A stretch of 32,000 bases of DNA from Horticoccus luteus (GTDB lineage: Bacteria; Verrucomicrobiota; Verrucomicrobiia; Opitutales; Opitutaceae). This document shows positions 17,014 through 25,225 of this stretch, piece by piece. Made by a program: the position numbers and the translations under genes. Under the pieces are notes generated by a model. That model did not search any database. It was not told the DNA's origin and was given only the letters and a program-made list of their open reading frames with translations. Numbering within the stretch: the stretch's first letter is position 1; each line of letters opens with the position of its first letter. Location of the stretch: NCBI RefSeq assembly GCF_019464535.1, contig NZ_CP080507.1:360001-392000 (forward strand). The letters run 5' to 3'.

Positions 17014-18792
17014 TCAGCGGCGGGCGCCGCGGTGGAGGCGGCTGGCGGGCTTGACCGCGGCGGCGGCGGTTTCGGCGAGCGCTTTGTCGTCGAAGAGCGC
17101 GGAGTAAATATACGGGAAACCCTCGATTTTCTTCCGCTCTACGCCGAGGCCCATGTAGCGCTCGATGCTGCGCGCATCGCGGACGTCCTCTTCCGTGACG
17201 AGCGTAAACGCGTCGCCGGTGTTGTTCGCGCGCCCGGTGCGGCCGATGCGGTGCACGTAATCCTCGGCGTTTTCCGGGACGTCGTAATTGATGACGTGGG
17301 AGACGCCGGCGATATCGAGGCCGCGGGCGGCGATGTCGGTGGCGACGAGCACTTCAAACCGGCCGCTTTTGAAGCCGTCGAGCGCTTCGATGCGTTCGCG
17401 CTGGCTGCGGTCGGAATGCATGACGCCGACGGTGTGGCCCTTGGCTTGCAGGCGGTGGGCGATGCGATCGGCGCCCATGCGGGTGCGCGTGAAAATCAGG
17501 ATGCTCTTGAACTCGGTCTGCTCGAGCAGGAGTTGGAGGAGGTCGAATTTTTGGGAGGCAACGACGGGGTAAAACGCGTGCGACACGGTCTCCGCCGCCG
17601 AGTGGAGGCGGCCGATTTCGACCGTGGCGGGATCGCGCAACGCCCAGCTCGCGAGCGAGGCGATTTCGGGCGGGAGCGTGGCGGTGAAGAAGAGGGTCTG
17701 GCGGGAGGCGGGCGTTTTTTGGACGATGCGGCGCACGTCGGGGAGGAAGCCCATGTCGAGCATGCGATCGACTTCGTCGAGGACGAGGATGTCGATCTTG
17801 TCGAGGGAGCAGTTGCCCTGTTCCAAATGGTCGAGCAGGCGCCCGGGGGTGGCGGCGAGAATGTCCATGCCGCGGCGCAGATCTTCGTTCTGTTTGCCGT
17901 AGCCGACGCCGCCGTAAACGATGGTCACGCGCAGGTCGGTGAACTTGGCGAATTTTTGAAACGCTTCCTCGACTTGCAGCGCGAGTTCGCGCGTGGGCTC
18001 GAGGATGAGGCAGCGCAAATTACCGTGCGCGGCGAGGCGTTGGATGATCGGGAGCGCGAACGCGGCGGTCTTGCCGGTGCCGGTTTGCGCGGAGCCGATG
18101 AGATCGCGGCCGGTGAGGACGACGGGAATCGACTGCGCCTGGATCGGCGTGGGTTGGACGTAGCCCATTTCCTGGACCGCGAAGGCGAGCGCATCGGACA
18201 GGCCGAGGGCGGAAAACGCGGTCTCCATCTTCGGGATGTCGACGGGCGTGGCGGGCTTCACCGGGTCGCGGCGCGGGTGGTCGTAGGAATCGTCGCGGGC
18301 GGGGCGTTCGCGTTGTCCGCCGCCATGCGCACGGGGGCCGTCGGACCGGCCGCCGCGGCGACCGCCGCTGCTGCCGCCGTGGGCGCCACGTTCACCGGAG
18401 AAATTGCGTTCGCGGGGTTCGCGGTGGGAGCCGGAGGTGCTGGGTGAACCGGACGGGCCGGCGGCCCCAGCAGAACCGGGCTCGCGGGGCGGGCGGGGTG
18501 CGCCGTCGGGACGGCGTTCGCCGCGGTTGTCACGCCCGCCGCGTCCGCGGCGCTCGCCGGAACCGTGGTGCGAGCGAGGTTCGTGACTGGCCGAACCGCC
18601 TGCGGCCGGGCCACTGGAGGACGAGCCTTCGCGAGGAGCGCGGGGGCCGGAGTGGCGTTCGCGACTTTTCTCGCGGGCAGGATGGGAAGAACCTTGGGAG
18701 GGAACTGGTTGGCCGCGATCCGCGGCCTTGGCTTTCGAACTGCGGGACGGCGAAATCGAGTCGCGCAGCTTCGTCAAAATTTTCTTCAGCAT
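17014..18792 (-). CDS. DEAD-box ATP-dependent RNA helicase with an N-terminal Arg/Gly/Ser/Pro-rich low-complexity region of about 190 aa
   Basis: Helicase motifs: GYVQPTPIQ (Q), SAQTGTGKT (I), PTRELA (Ia), DEVD (II), FTAT (III), ATDIAARGLD (V), HRIGRTGR (VI). ATG 18792 (MLKKILTKL) is preferred over the ORF start at 18837. An alternative start at METAFSALGL would remove the low-complexity region. Confidence 0.85.
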   Translation of the reverse strand: MLKKILTKLRDSISPSRSSKAKAADRGQPVPSQGSSHPAREKSRERHSGPRAPREGSSSSGPAAGGSASHEPRSHHGSGERRGRGGRDNRGERRPDGAPRPPREPGSAGAAGPSGSPSTSGSHREPRERNFSGERGAHGGSSGGRRGGRSDGPRAHGGGQRERPARDDSYDHPRRDPVKPATPVDIPKMETAFSALGLSDALAFAVQEMGYVQPTPIQAQSIPVVLTGRDLIGSAQTGTGKTAAFALPIIQRLAAHGNLRCLILEPTRELALQVEEAFQKFAKFTDLRVTIVYGGVGYGKQNEDLRRGMDILAATPGRLLDHLEQGNCSLDKIDILVLDEVDRMLDMGFLPDVRRIVQKTPASRQTLFFTATLPPEIASLASWALRDPATVEIGRLHSAAETVSHAFYPVVASQKFDLLQLLLEQTEFKSILIFTRTRMGADRIAHRLQAKGHTVGVMHSDRSQRERIEALDGFKSGRFEVLVATDIAARGLDIAGVSHVINYDVPENAEDYVHRIGRTGRANNTGDAFTLVTEEDVRDARSIERYMGLGVERKKIEGFPYIYSALFDDKALAETAAAAVKPASRLHRGARR

Positions 18793-18922
18793 GAGAATGT
18801 AAGTTTGGCAGCGTCGCCGAATGCGCCGGGTTTGCAATCTCCGATGCGGGCGACGGCGCGCGCGGGCGATGGCGTGCCGGGCGACGGTGTTTTCCGCCCT
18901 GTTTAGGGAGGGCGAGCGAGAC

Positions 18923-20359
18923 TCAATCGTCGTCGCGGCGGGGGCGGAAAATGGCGTCGTCTTCGACGGCGTTGTTCACGACCGACTGGATGGTGCTGAA
19001 CATGCGCATCGCCGGGTTGGTGGTGGTGACGACAAAGGGGAGCACGACGCCGTCGACCGTGCGGAAATCAGAGAAGTCCACGCGCACGGGGAGAGTGCCT
19101 CGCGGGCCGGCGATCATGGTGCCTTCGATGCGGAGGATGCGGCCGTTTTCCTGATCGAAATAATATGTGCCAAGCGGGGCTTGCAGGCTGGCGAGGGCGA
19201 CGACGTCAACGGCGCGGCCGTCGATCTCGGCGGGCGGGAGGAGTCGGCGCAAGGGGGCCTGAGCGGGGAGATCGAGCGCGGTGCGGAGGTTGGCGTTGCC
19301 GAGCAGTTGCTGGCGTTCGGCGCCGTCGAGTACGCGGTAGCCTTCGATCTCGCTGGCCGACCACGCGGTCGTGCCGTCGAAGCCTTGGGCCTGGCGGCCG
19401 ATGCCGGGAATATCCTGCTCGGCGAGGATGAGATTGGGGTCCTTTTGCGTGACTTTGAGATGGTTGGTGACGCCCGAGGTCGGGATTTCGACGGTCGTCT
19501 CCGTGACGCGCGAATGGATGCGGGAGAGCGCGGCGGCGCCGCCGGCGGCTTCGATTTGGTGCGCGAGGATGCGGTTGATTTTTGCGGCGTCGGCGAGTTC
19601 CTGCGCGGTGAGGGGCGCGGGATCGAAGTCGAGGGGCTGATTGACGGCGGCGCTTTGGCGGCGCGAAATCATCGTCGTGCCGCCCGTGCGCGTTTCGAGA
19701 AAAGGGAGCGTGAGCGGGCCGACAGGGCGAAAGTCGCCGAAGTCGACCGTGAGCGCGATGGCCATGGGTGAGCCGAGCACTTCGACGCGGAGGACGTGGC
19801 CCGTGGCGGCGTCGAAATACCATTTCTCGGTGGCGCCGTTGCGCGGGACGAGGGCGAGCACGTGGCAGCGTTTGTCGTCCACCGACGCGTCGGCGAGGAG
19901 GCGTTGGCCCGGATAAATGGAGGGCAGCGCAAGCGTGCGGCGGGGGTTGCCGATCGAGCTGAGGCCGAGGGCTTCGTTGAGATCCATCAAGCCGATGCCG
20001 AGTTCGGGATGGCGGCGCCAGGCGACTTTGCCGTCGAAGCCGAGGACGGTGGCGTCTTTCTGGTCGCCGACGCGCGTGCGGGAGAAGAAGTGGCCGTCGG
20101 CATCGGACCAGCGGTGCATCGAAAGGAGCGTGTGCGTGGGTCCGGCGATGAACTCGATGTTTTCGTCGACCGTGAGCGACTTCACCTCGAGCAGAGCGGA
20201 GACGCCGCCTTCGGCTTCGATCGCCCGGCCGAAGATGCTGGCGATCGCGCGCTGTTCGGCTTGGCGGGACGCGATACCGGCTGGCGTGGCGCACCCGGCG
20301 AGAAGGCCGAGGGCGACGACGAGGGCGAAGGCGGCGGCGAACGGGAGAAGACGTTTCAT
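18923..20359 (-). CDS. Lipoprotein built from two tandem homologous domains of about 210 aa
   Basis: ATG 20359 gives MKRLLPFAAAFALVVALGLLAGC (lipobox) and overlaps the S41 stop as ATGA. The two halves align by eye: IFGRAIEAEGGVSALLEVKS...GFDGKVAW...YFDAATGHVLRVEV...FGDFRPVGPLTLPF against ILAHQIEAAGGAAALSRIHS...GFDGTTAW...YFDQENGRILRIEG...FSDFRTVDGVVLPF. The 5' extension of the ORF to 21028 was rejected. Confidence 0.8.
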   Translation of the reverse strand: MKRLLPFAAAFALVVALGLLAGCATPAGIASRQAEQRAIASIFGRAIEAEGGVSALLEVKSLTVDENIEFIAGPTHTLLSMHRWSDADGHFFSRTRVGDQKDATVLGFDGKVAWRRHPELGIGLMDLNEALGLSSIGNPRRTLALPSIYPGQRLLADASVDDKRCHVLALVPRNGATEKWYFDAATGHVLRVEVLGSPMAIALTVDFGDFRPVGPLTLPFLETRTGGTTMISRRQSAAVNQPLDFDPAPLTAQELADAAKINRILAHQIEAAGGAAALSRIHSRVTETTVEIPTSGVTNHLKVTQKDPNLILAEQDIPGIGRQAQGFDGTTAWSASEIEGYRVLDGAERQQLLGNANLRTALDLPAQAPLRRLLPPAEIDGRAVDVVALASLQAPLGTYYFDQENGRILRIEGTMIAGPRGTLPVRVDFSDFRTVDGVVLPFVVTTTNPAMRMFSTIQSVVNNAVEDDAIFRPRRDDD

Positions 20360-21801
20360 GGAGCGGGTGCGGTGGCGGCAGACACAGGTGCGGGCGGGTT
20401 GCGGGCTTCGTGCAACCAAGCGCGGGCGGTTTCGAGGACCGGGTCGCGACCGGCTGCGAGATCGGCGCGGGTGGTGGCGACGACGATGTCCGGCGCGACG
20501 CCGCGGCCTTCGAGGGAGTGGTGCGTGGGCGTTTGCACGTCGGCGATGGCGTATTGAAAAAGATCGCCGGTGGGGAGCGTTTTGAAGGAGGACGGCAGGG
20601 CGGCGCCGGCGCTGGGTTCGCCGAACAACCGCGCGCGGTGCGTGGCCTGCAACCCGGCGGCGAGAATCTCGCTCGTGGAGGCGGAGCCGCCGTCGATCAG
20701 GACCGCCACGGGGCCGAGAAACGCGCGGCTTTGCGGGAAGGCTTCGAAGCCGATTTCGCCGGCGCGCAGAATCATGCGGCCGAGGGAAACTTGATGGTCG
20801 CTGAGCAAGCCGACGATGCCGGGCGCCATCGCGGTGAGGCCGCCGGGGTTGGCGCGCAGATCGAGGATGAGGCCGTCGCCCGGGTGGAGTTGGCGCACGA
20901 AGGCGCGAAGCGGGCGCATGAGCGACGGGGCGAAGACGTTGAGGCGAAGGTAGGCGAGTCCGGTGTCGTCGCGGTGGGCTTCGAACTCGAGGGGTTGCGC
21001 GGGAAAACTGCCAACGGGTTCGGACCATTCGCCGTCGTGCGCGGCGCAGGTGACGGTGAGTTCGCGCGGGGCGGCGTCCGGCGATGCCACGGTGGCGGTG
21101 AGGGCGGTGCCGACGGCGGCGCGCGACCAGCTCGTGACAAAATACACGAGGTAGGAACCTTGTTGCGTGGGCGTGAGGCCGTAATGCGCGAGCGTGGTGG
21201 CGAGCGTCGCGAGGTCGGCGGTGTTGGTTTTGAGCACGACATCGCCGGGGTGGATGCCCGCAGCGGCGGCGGGAGAAGCGGGGCGGACGTGGCGGACGAT
21301 GACCTGGCCGTCGACCGCGGTGAAATCAGCGCCGATCGTCCCGATGCGCGAGCGTTCGGCGGGGGTGAACACGGCGGCTTCGCGGGGGAGGATGGAGAAA
21401 TGCGTGCGGCGCAATTCGCCGAGCATCGCGCGCAGCAGATCGCAGAGAGCGGCTTTGTCGGCGATGGCGGGAAGTTGCGCGGCGTATTTTGCGCGAACGG
21501 CATCCCAATCGACTCCACCGAAGGTCGGGTCGAAATAGCTTTCGTTCACCGTCGTCCAGACTTCGTCGAAGGTGCGCTGGCGAAGGTCAGGCCAGTCGGG
21601 ATCAGCGGGGGCGGCGGACGGCGACGCGGGGGAAGTTGAGTCGGCCGCGGTGGATGCGGCCGGTGCGGATGCGGGTTGGTCAGCCGCGGACGGCGAGACG
21701 AGAATGGGAGGCGGTTCGGCGCGAGAAGCCGTTGGCATCGCGGCCAGGAGAAGGGCTCCGCACCATCCCCATATCAGCGAGCGTCCTTTGCGACCGAGCA
21801 T
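20356..21801 (-). CDS. S41 family peptidase (C-terminal processing / tail-specific protease type), secreted
   Basis: Signal peptide MLGRKGRSLIWGWCGALLLAAMPTASRA, then a Pro/Ala/Ser linker. PDZ-like GIHPGDVVLKTN. S41 motifs LILDLRANPGG and VLIDGGSASTSEILAAGLQ. Confidence 0.85.
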   Translation of the reverse strand: MLGRKGRSLIWGWCGALLLAAMPTASRAEPPPILVSPSAADQPASAPAASTAADSTSPASPSAAPADPDWPDLRQRTFDEVWTTVNESYFDPTFGGVDWDAVRAKYAAQLPAIADKAALCDLLRAMLGELRRTHFSILPREAAVFTPAERSRIGTIGADFTAVDGQVIVRHVRPASPAAAAGIHPGDVVLKTNTADLATLATTLAHYGLTPTQQGSYLVYFVTSWSRAAVGTALTATVASPDAAPRELTVTCAAHDGEWSEPVGSFPAQPLEFEAHRDDTGLAYLRLNVFAPSLMRPLRAFVRQLHPGDGLILDLRANPGGLTAMAPGIVGLLSDHQVSLGRMILRAGEIGFEAFPQSRAFLGPVAVLIDGGSASTSEILAAGLQATHRARLFGEPSAGAALPSSFKTLPTGDLFQYAIADVQTPTHHSLEGRGVAPDIVVATTRADLAAGRDPVLETARAWLHEARNPPAPVSAATAPAP

Positions 21802-21947
21802 GCGGCGAAACGAAGTCCGCCGGGAGCGGTTGAGTCAACGATGCGGTGCGACGAGCGCAAAACGATCGAGGGAGGCGGCGTGAAACGTGGACTTGTGCCG
21901 GCAGCGAAGGCGGTCACAGTTTCGTCAACCCCTTAAATTCTAATATC

Positions 21948-22439
21948 ATGAAAACTATCGTGATGGCGGTCGGACTCAGTGCGGCGGTGATGACGGCGGG
22001 CTGTAGCACCGCTTACAAAGATGCAGGACGAAACGACGGACGTGGTTACTCGTCGCAACGCATTTCGGACGACGTTTTCACGGTAAGCTTTGCCGCCAAC
22101 AGCGCGACGAAACCCGAGAAGGTGCGTGATTTCGTGCTGCTTCGCGCTTCCGAGATCGCGGTGAAAAATGGCTTTGATTATATGCGCGTGGTGGACGCGG
22201 ACGATGCGTCGGCCGTGAAAACGTTGCCGGTCATGGGCACATCCTATTTGGGCGCGTATTCGCCGCAGAATGCTTCCGCCGGGTTCAGTTCGGGCCACGA
22301 GTACGAACTGACGGTCACGAAGCCAGCGTACGAAATACGCGTCGTCTGCCGCCGCGAGCGCCCGGCGGGTGACGAACAAAATTGGTGGCCGGCGAAGGAA
22401 ACGGTGGCGCGCTTGCGGGCCAAGTACCGTCTGGGTTGA
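21948..22439 (+). CDS. Small lipoprotein, hypothetical
   Basis: ATG 21948 gives MKTIVMAVGLSAAVMTAGC (lipobox). The upstream part of ORF 21846.. was rejected. The gene and its AT-rich leader (ttaaattctaatatc) are visibly less GC-rich than the flanks. The pattern FTVSFAANSATKPEKVRDFVLLRASEIAVKNGFDYM resembles a conserved alphaproteobacterial-type lipoprotein family, from vague memory only. Confidence 0.7.
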   Translation: MKTIVMAVGLSAAVMTAGCSTAYKDAGRNDGRGYSSQRISDDVFTVSFAANSATKPEKVRDFVLLRASEIAVKNGFDYMRVVDADDASAVKTLPVMGTSYLGAYSPQNASAGFSSGHEYELTVTKPAYEIRVVCRRERPAGDEQNWWPAKETVARLRAKYRLG

Positions 22440-22467
22440 GCAGAGTCGCCGCACCTGACCGGACGGT

Positions 22468-22507
22468 TGCGCGGGCCAACGGCGTTAAAGCAGCGTTGAC
22501 CCGCGCA
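22468..22507. terminator. Long hairpin between convergent genes
   Basis: tgcgcgggccaacg (22468-22481) pairs with cgttgacccgcgca (22494-22507): 13 of 14 pairs, with a 12-nt loop. It lies between stops at 22439 (+) and 22527 (-). No U-tract. Confidence 0.45.
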
Positions 22508-22526
22508 TGGAAACGCGCACCCGAAG

Positions 22527-24449
22527 TCAGGAGCCGCTGGAGCGACGGGCAGGCGCGGAGGCGGGAGAAGATGACCAAGACAAGGGAAGCGCGGCGCGGA
22601 TGATGGACCAATCGATATCCGGCAGGCCCCGGCGCGGCGCGGGTTCGCCAAGGATGCGCCAGCGTTGAGGTGAAGAGAATTCGCGGGGGCGCAGCGCGAG
22701 CGCGGGGGCGGGGGTGGAACGGCGGAGCTCGACGGCGCCGATCTTCACTTGGCCGACGCCGCGGAGGGTGAAGCGGAGTTGCGGTGGCGCGGCGAGATCG
22801 CCGTCCCACGCGATGGGCGCGGCGTGCTCGCGGATGAAGGTGCTGCGCGGTTGCGCGGCGGCGTTCTGAAACTCGACGGTGTAGCAGGCCTGCAGCTCGC
22901 GCCAGGTGCCGTCGGGTTGGCATTGCTCGACCGCGACGAGGTGGAGCGAGGGGGCGAAGTTCCACACGCAGTAGCAAAGCTGCCACGCACCGCCGAACAC
23001 AGGTTCGGCGCGCCGCCAGGCGGAGAGACGGGCGGCGTCGGCGGCGAGAATGCGTTCGTTGTGACTGAGCACGCGGCGATCGCGCGTGCGGGCCCAGATG
23101 AGGCGCGCGGCGGTGCGGGCGCGGCGGAGCTGGGCGGCGAACGTGCGCGCTTCGGCGGACGTGGCGAGCCCGCGGGCGGCGCGGCGGACGAAGACATCGC
23201 GGGCCGCGAGGTAATGCCGGAACACGAGGCTCGCGCGGAGAGGGATGGGGAGCGCGGCGGAATCGCGCACGGCGCGGGCGAAGAAGCGTTCTTCGGTGCG
23301 ATAAGGCGCGAGTGGTTCGCGGCGCGAGGCGACGTCCCAGCGCTCGTTGAACTCCCAACGCGGGTAACCAGCAAACAGGTAGCGGTCGGAGGCGACGGCG
23401 ACACGGGCGGCGCGCCGGCCGACGGCGCGGCCGAAGCGGCGCTCGAAGCCGCGCGCGAGAAGTTCGCGCGGATCGGTGATTTCCGGCGTGAGCCAGAGGC
23501 CGGCGGCGGCGGCATCGACCGCGGTGGTGAGTTCGATCGCAAGACGGAACGGCTCCCAAGAGGTGACAAGGAGACCCTCAGCGCCGAGGCGGCGCGTGTG
23601 CGCGCCCCACGCGAGGATGTTGGCCATGCGATCGGTGAAGCTGGGTAGAGGCTCGTAGCGCGCGGCGCCGTTCATCGGGCAGCCGTAGAGCGAGAGACCG
23701 CGAGCGCGGAGCGGGGTGGCGATGTCGGTCTCGGCAAAGTTGAACAACTCGACGCGCGGCCAGCGGCGGAAGGCGTGGTAAAACCATTCGTAGGCCGTCA
23801 GGTCGGCGGGGAGTTGCGGAATCGCGTCGGGCAAAAAGTAGAGCATGTCGGCCCACATCGCGCTGCGCAGGCCGAGCGACGCGGCGACGGCGTGGAGGCG
23901 TTGCACGTGGCGGGCGAAGTGCGTGGCGAGGCCGACGTCGGCGATCTCGCGACGGCTCAGCGGATGGCGGCCGAGGTGAAAAGATTCATCGAGGCCGAGG
24001 TGGACTTTGCCGGTCGTGCAAAACGGCGCCATGTCGCGCAGGAGCTTTTCGGCGACTTCGAGCGTGCGCGGATGGAGCGGACAGATCTGGCCCGCCGGCA
24101 GCGGGGAGCCATCGGGCGCGCGGAGTTCGTTGAGGTCACGCAGCTCGGGGACCTTGATGAGATACTGCGTGTGGCCGAGGAGATTGACGATTGGCACGAC
24201 GCCGATGCCGTGGCGCGTGGCGGCGTCGACGAGGCGTGCGAATTGTTTATAGGAATACGCATCGCGGCGTGCGACGGCAGGCAGGCGGGGATACTCGACG
24301 GCGTCTTCGAGGTGGAGATGGAGTTCGTTATAGCCCCAATCGGCATAACGTGGGAGCTGCGCGAGGAGCCAGTCGAGGCGTTCGACTTGGCGGGCGAGGT
24401 CCCATTGGAAGGAGCGGCGCGGCGGGAAAGGGCGGGATGGGGCGGGCAC
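22527..24449 (-). CDS. Glycoside hydrolase family 20-like (beta-N-acetylhexosaminidase-type TIM barrel) with an uncharacterised C-terminal region of about 300 aa; no signal peptide
   Basis: GTG start at 24449. RSFQWDLARQ, YNELHLHLEDAVEYPRLP, YSYKQFARLVDAATRHGIGVVPIVNLLGHTQ and KVHLGLDE (the D-E pair in the position of the GH20 GGDE motif). Confidence 0.65.
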   Translation of the reverse strand: MPAPSRPFPPRRSFQWDLARQVERLDWLLAQLPRYADWGYNELHLHLEDAVEYPRLPAVARRDAYSYKQFARLVDAATRHGIGVVPIVNLLGHTQYLIKVPELRDLNELRAPDGSPLPAGQICPLHPRTLEVAEKLLRDMAPFCTTGKVHLGLDESFHLGRHPLSRREIADVGLATHFARHVQRLHAVAASLGLRSAMWADMLYFLPDAIPQLPADLTAYEWFYHAFRRWPRVELFNFAETDIATPLRARGLSLYGCPMNGAARYEPLPSFTDRMANILAWGAHTRRLGAEGLLVTSWEPFRLAIELTTAVDAAAAGLWLTPEITDPRELLARGFERRFGRAVGRRAARVAVASDRYLFAGYPRWEFNERWDVASRREPLAPYRTEERFFARAVRDSAALPIPLRASLVFRHYLAARDVFVRRAARGLATSAEARTFAAQLRRARTAARLIWARTRDRRVLSHNERILAADAARLSAWRRAEPVFGGAWQLCYCVWNFAPSLHLVAVEQCQPDGTWRELQACYTVEFQNAAAQPRSTFIREHAAPIAWDGDLAAPPQLRFTLRGVGQVKIGAVELRRSTPAPALALRPREFSSPQRWRILGEPAPRRGLPDIDWSIIRAALPLSWSSSPASAPARRSSGS

Positions 24450-24593
24450 GGGGAGGAGATGCGAGCGCAGCGGAACGGCGCGCGACAGGCAAGCCGGTGA
24501 CGAAGCGATTGAGGCGAGCGCGCAGGGATTGCGGGGGCGCGCTCAGAGATCGAGGCGGGCGGCGTAGAGGGATGGAGGCGGGGTGCGTTCACC

Positions 24594-24710
24594 GTGCCCT
24601 CACCCCGCGGTGGATGACGCGTCTGGGGGCGCGAGAACGAGGGATGAGGGCACCCATAAACGCTAACATAAACTTGCGCGCGGTGAAAACGCGGGGTGAG
24701 GGCACCCCGC
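24594..24710. repeat. Three copies of a GGTGAGGGCAC-type motif, including a 16-bp perfect inverted repeat
   Basis: GTGCCCTCACCCCGCG (24594-24609) is the exact reverse complement of CGCGGGGTGAGGGCAC (24690-24705), 80 nt apart. A third copy, GATGAGGGCACCC, lies at 24643-24655. Confidence 0.9.
24685..24710 (-). terminator. Rho-independent terminator of the RES/Xre operon (formed by the right-hand motif copy)
   Basis: The minus strand reads GCGGGGTG-CCCT-CACCCCGC followed by GTTTTC. The 8-bp stem is 24691-24698/24703-24710. It lies 47 nt after the RES stop. Confidence 0.65.
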
Positions 24711-24757
24711 CTACAAAATGATTCGGATCGACGAGGGCGCGCGGGCGGTGCCGCGGC

Positions 24758-25225
24758 TCACGGGCCAAAGCGCGGGTCGAACGCGAAGGGCTCGGGCGGG
24801 CCGGCTTTGATGCGTTTGAAGCCGGGGTGCGCGGGGTTGAGCAGGTAATTGAACTCCCCGGACACGATGACGCTGGGCACACGCAAGGCCGGCGTCCGCG
24901 CGGCCTGCACCCATTCGGCGCCGAAGGCCTGCGAGGCGGGACCATAGGGCATGGCGCGCCATGAGTCGGGCACGCGCGCGGGTTTCTCCACTAGTTCAGA
25001 AGGCACTTCGACGGGAATGAACACCCATGCCTGATCGCCGAGGATCGACACCTGTTTCACGTTCACGAGCACTTCGATGACCGCGAGGGAGCGCGATTCG
25101 GCGCAATACACGACGCGGATGCCGGGTGGATTCCAACGTCCGCCGCGCCGGTAAGCACCATCGCCGGACATGGCTTTGGCGGCGTGATACGCGGGCGAGA
25201 GGCGCCAGAGCGTGAGGTTGCTCAC
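24758..25225 (-). CDS. RES-domain toxin (NAD+-targeting toxin of RES-Xre type II TA systems)
   Basis: The GTG at 25225 overlaps the antitoxin stop (GTGA). Contains YRRGGRWNPPGIRVVYCAESRSLAVIEVLVN and LRVPSVIVSGEFNYLLNPAHP, giving the R..E..S signature order. The longer ORF to 25345 is Arg-rich and was rejected. Confidence 0.85.
   Translation of the reverse strand: MSNLTLWRLSPAYHAAKAMSGDGAYRRGGRWNPPGIRVVYCAESRSLAVIEVLVNVKQVSILGDQAWVFIPVEVPSELVEKPARVPDSWRAMPYGPASQAFGAEWVQAARTPALRVPSVIVSGEFNYLLNPAHPGFKRIKAGPPEPFAFDPRFGP

Noticed and set aside
20360-21028. N-terminal extension of 223 codons on the lipoprotein ORF.
   Set aside because: The extension lies entirely inside the S41 peptidase gene in another frame and is Arg/Pro-rich. 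The internal ATG at 20359 gives a canonical lipobox signal peptide and an ATGA overlap with the S41 stop.
21829-21839. 11-bp palindrome GTTGAGTCAAC in the divergent region between the S41 operon and the small lipoprotein gene.
   Set aside because: With 5-bp arms, tens of such palindromes are expected by chance in this window. There is no second copy and no supporting context.
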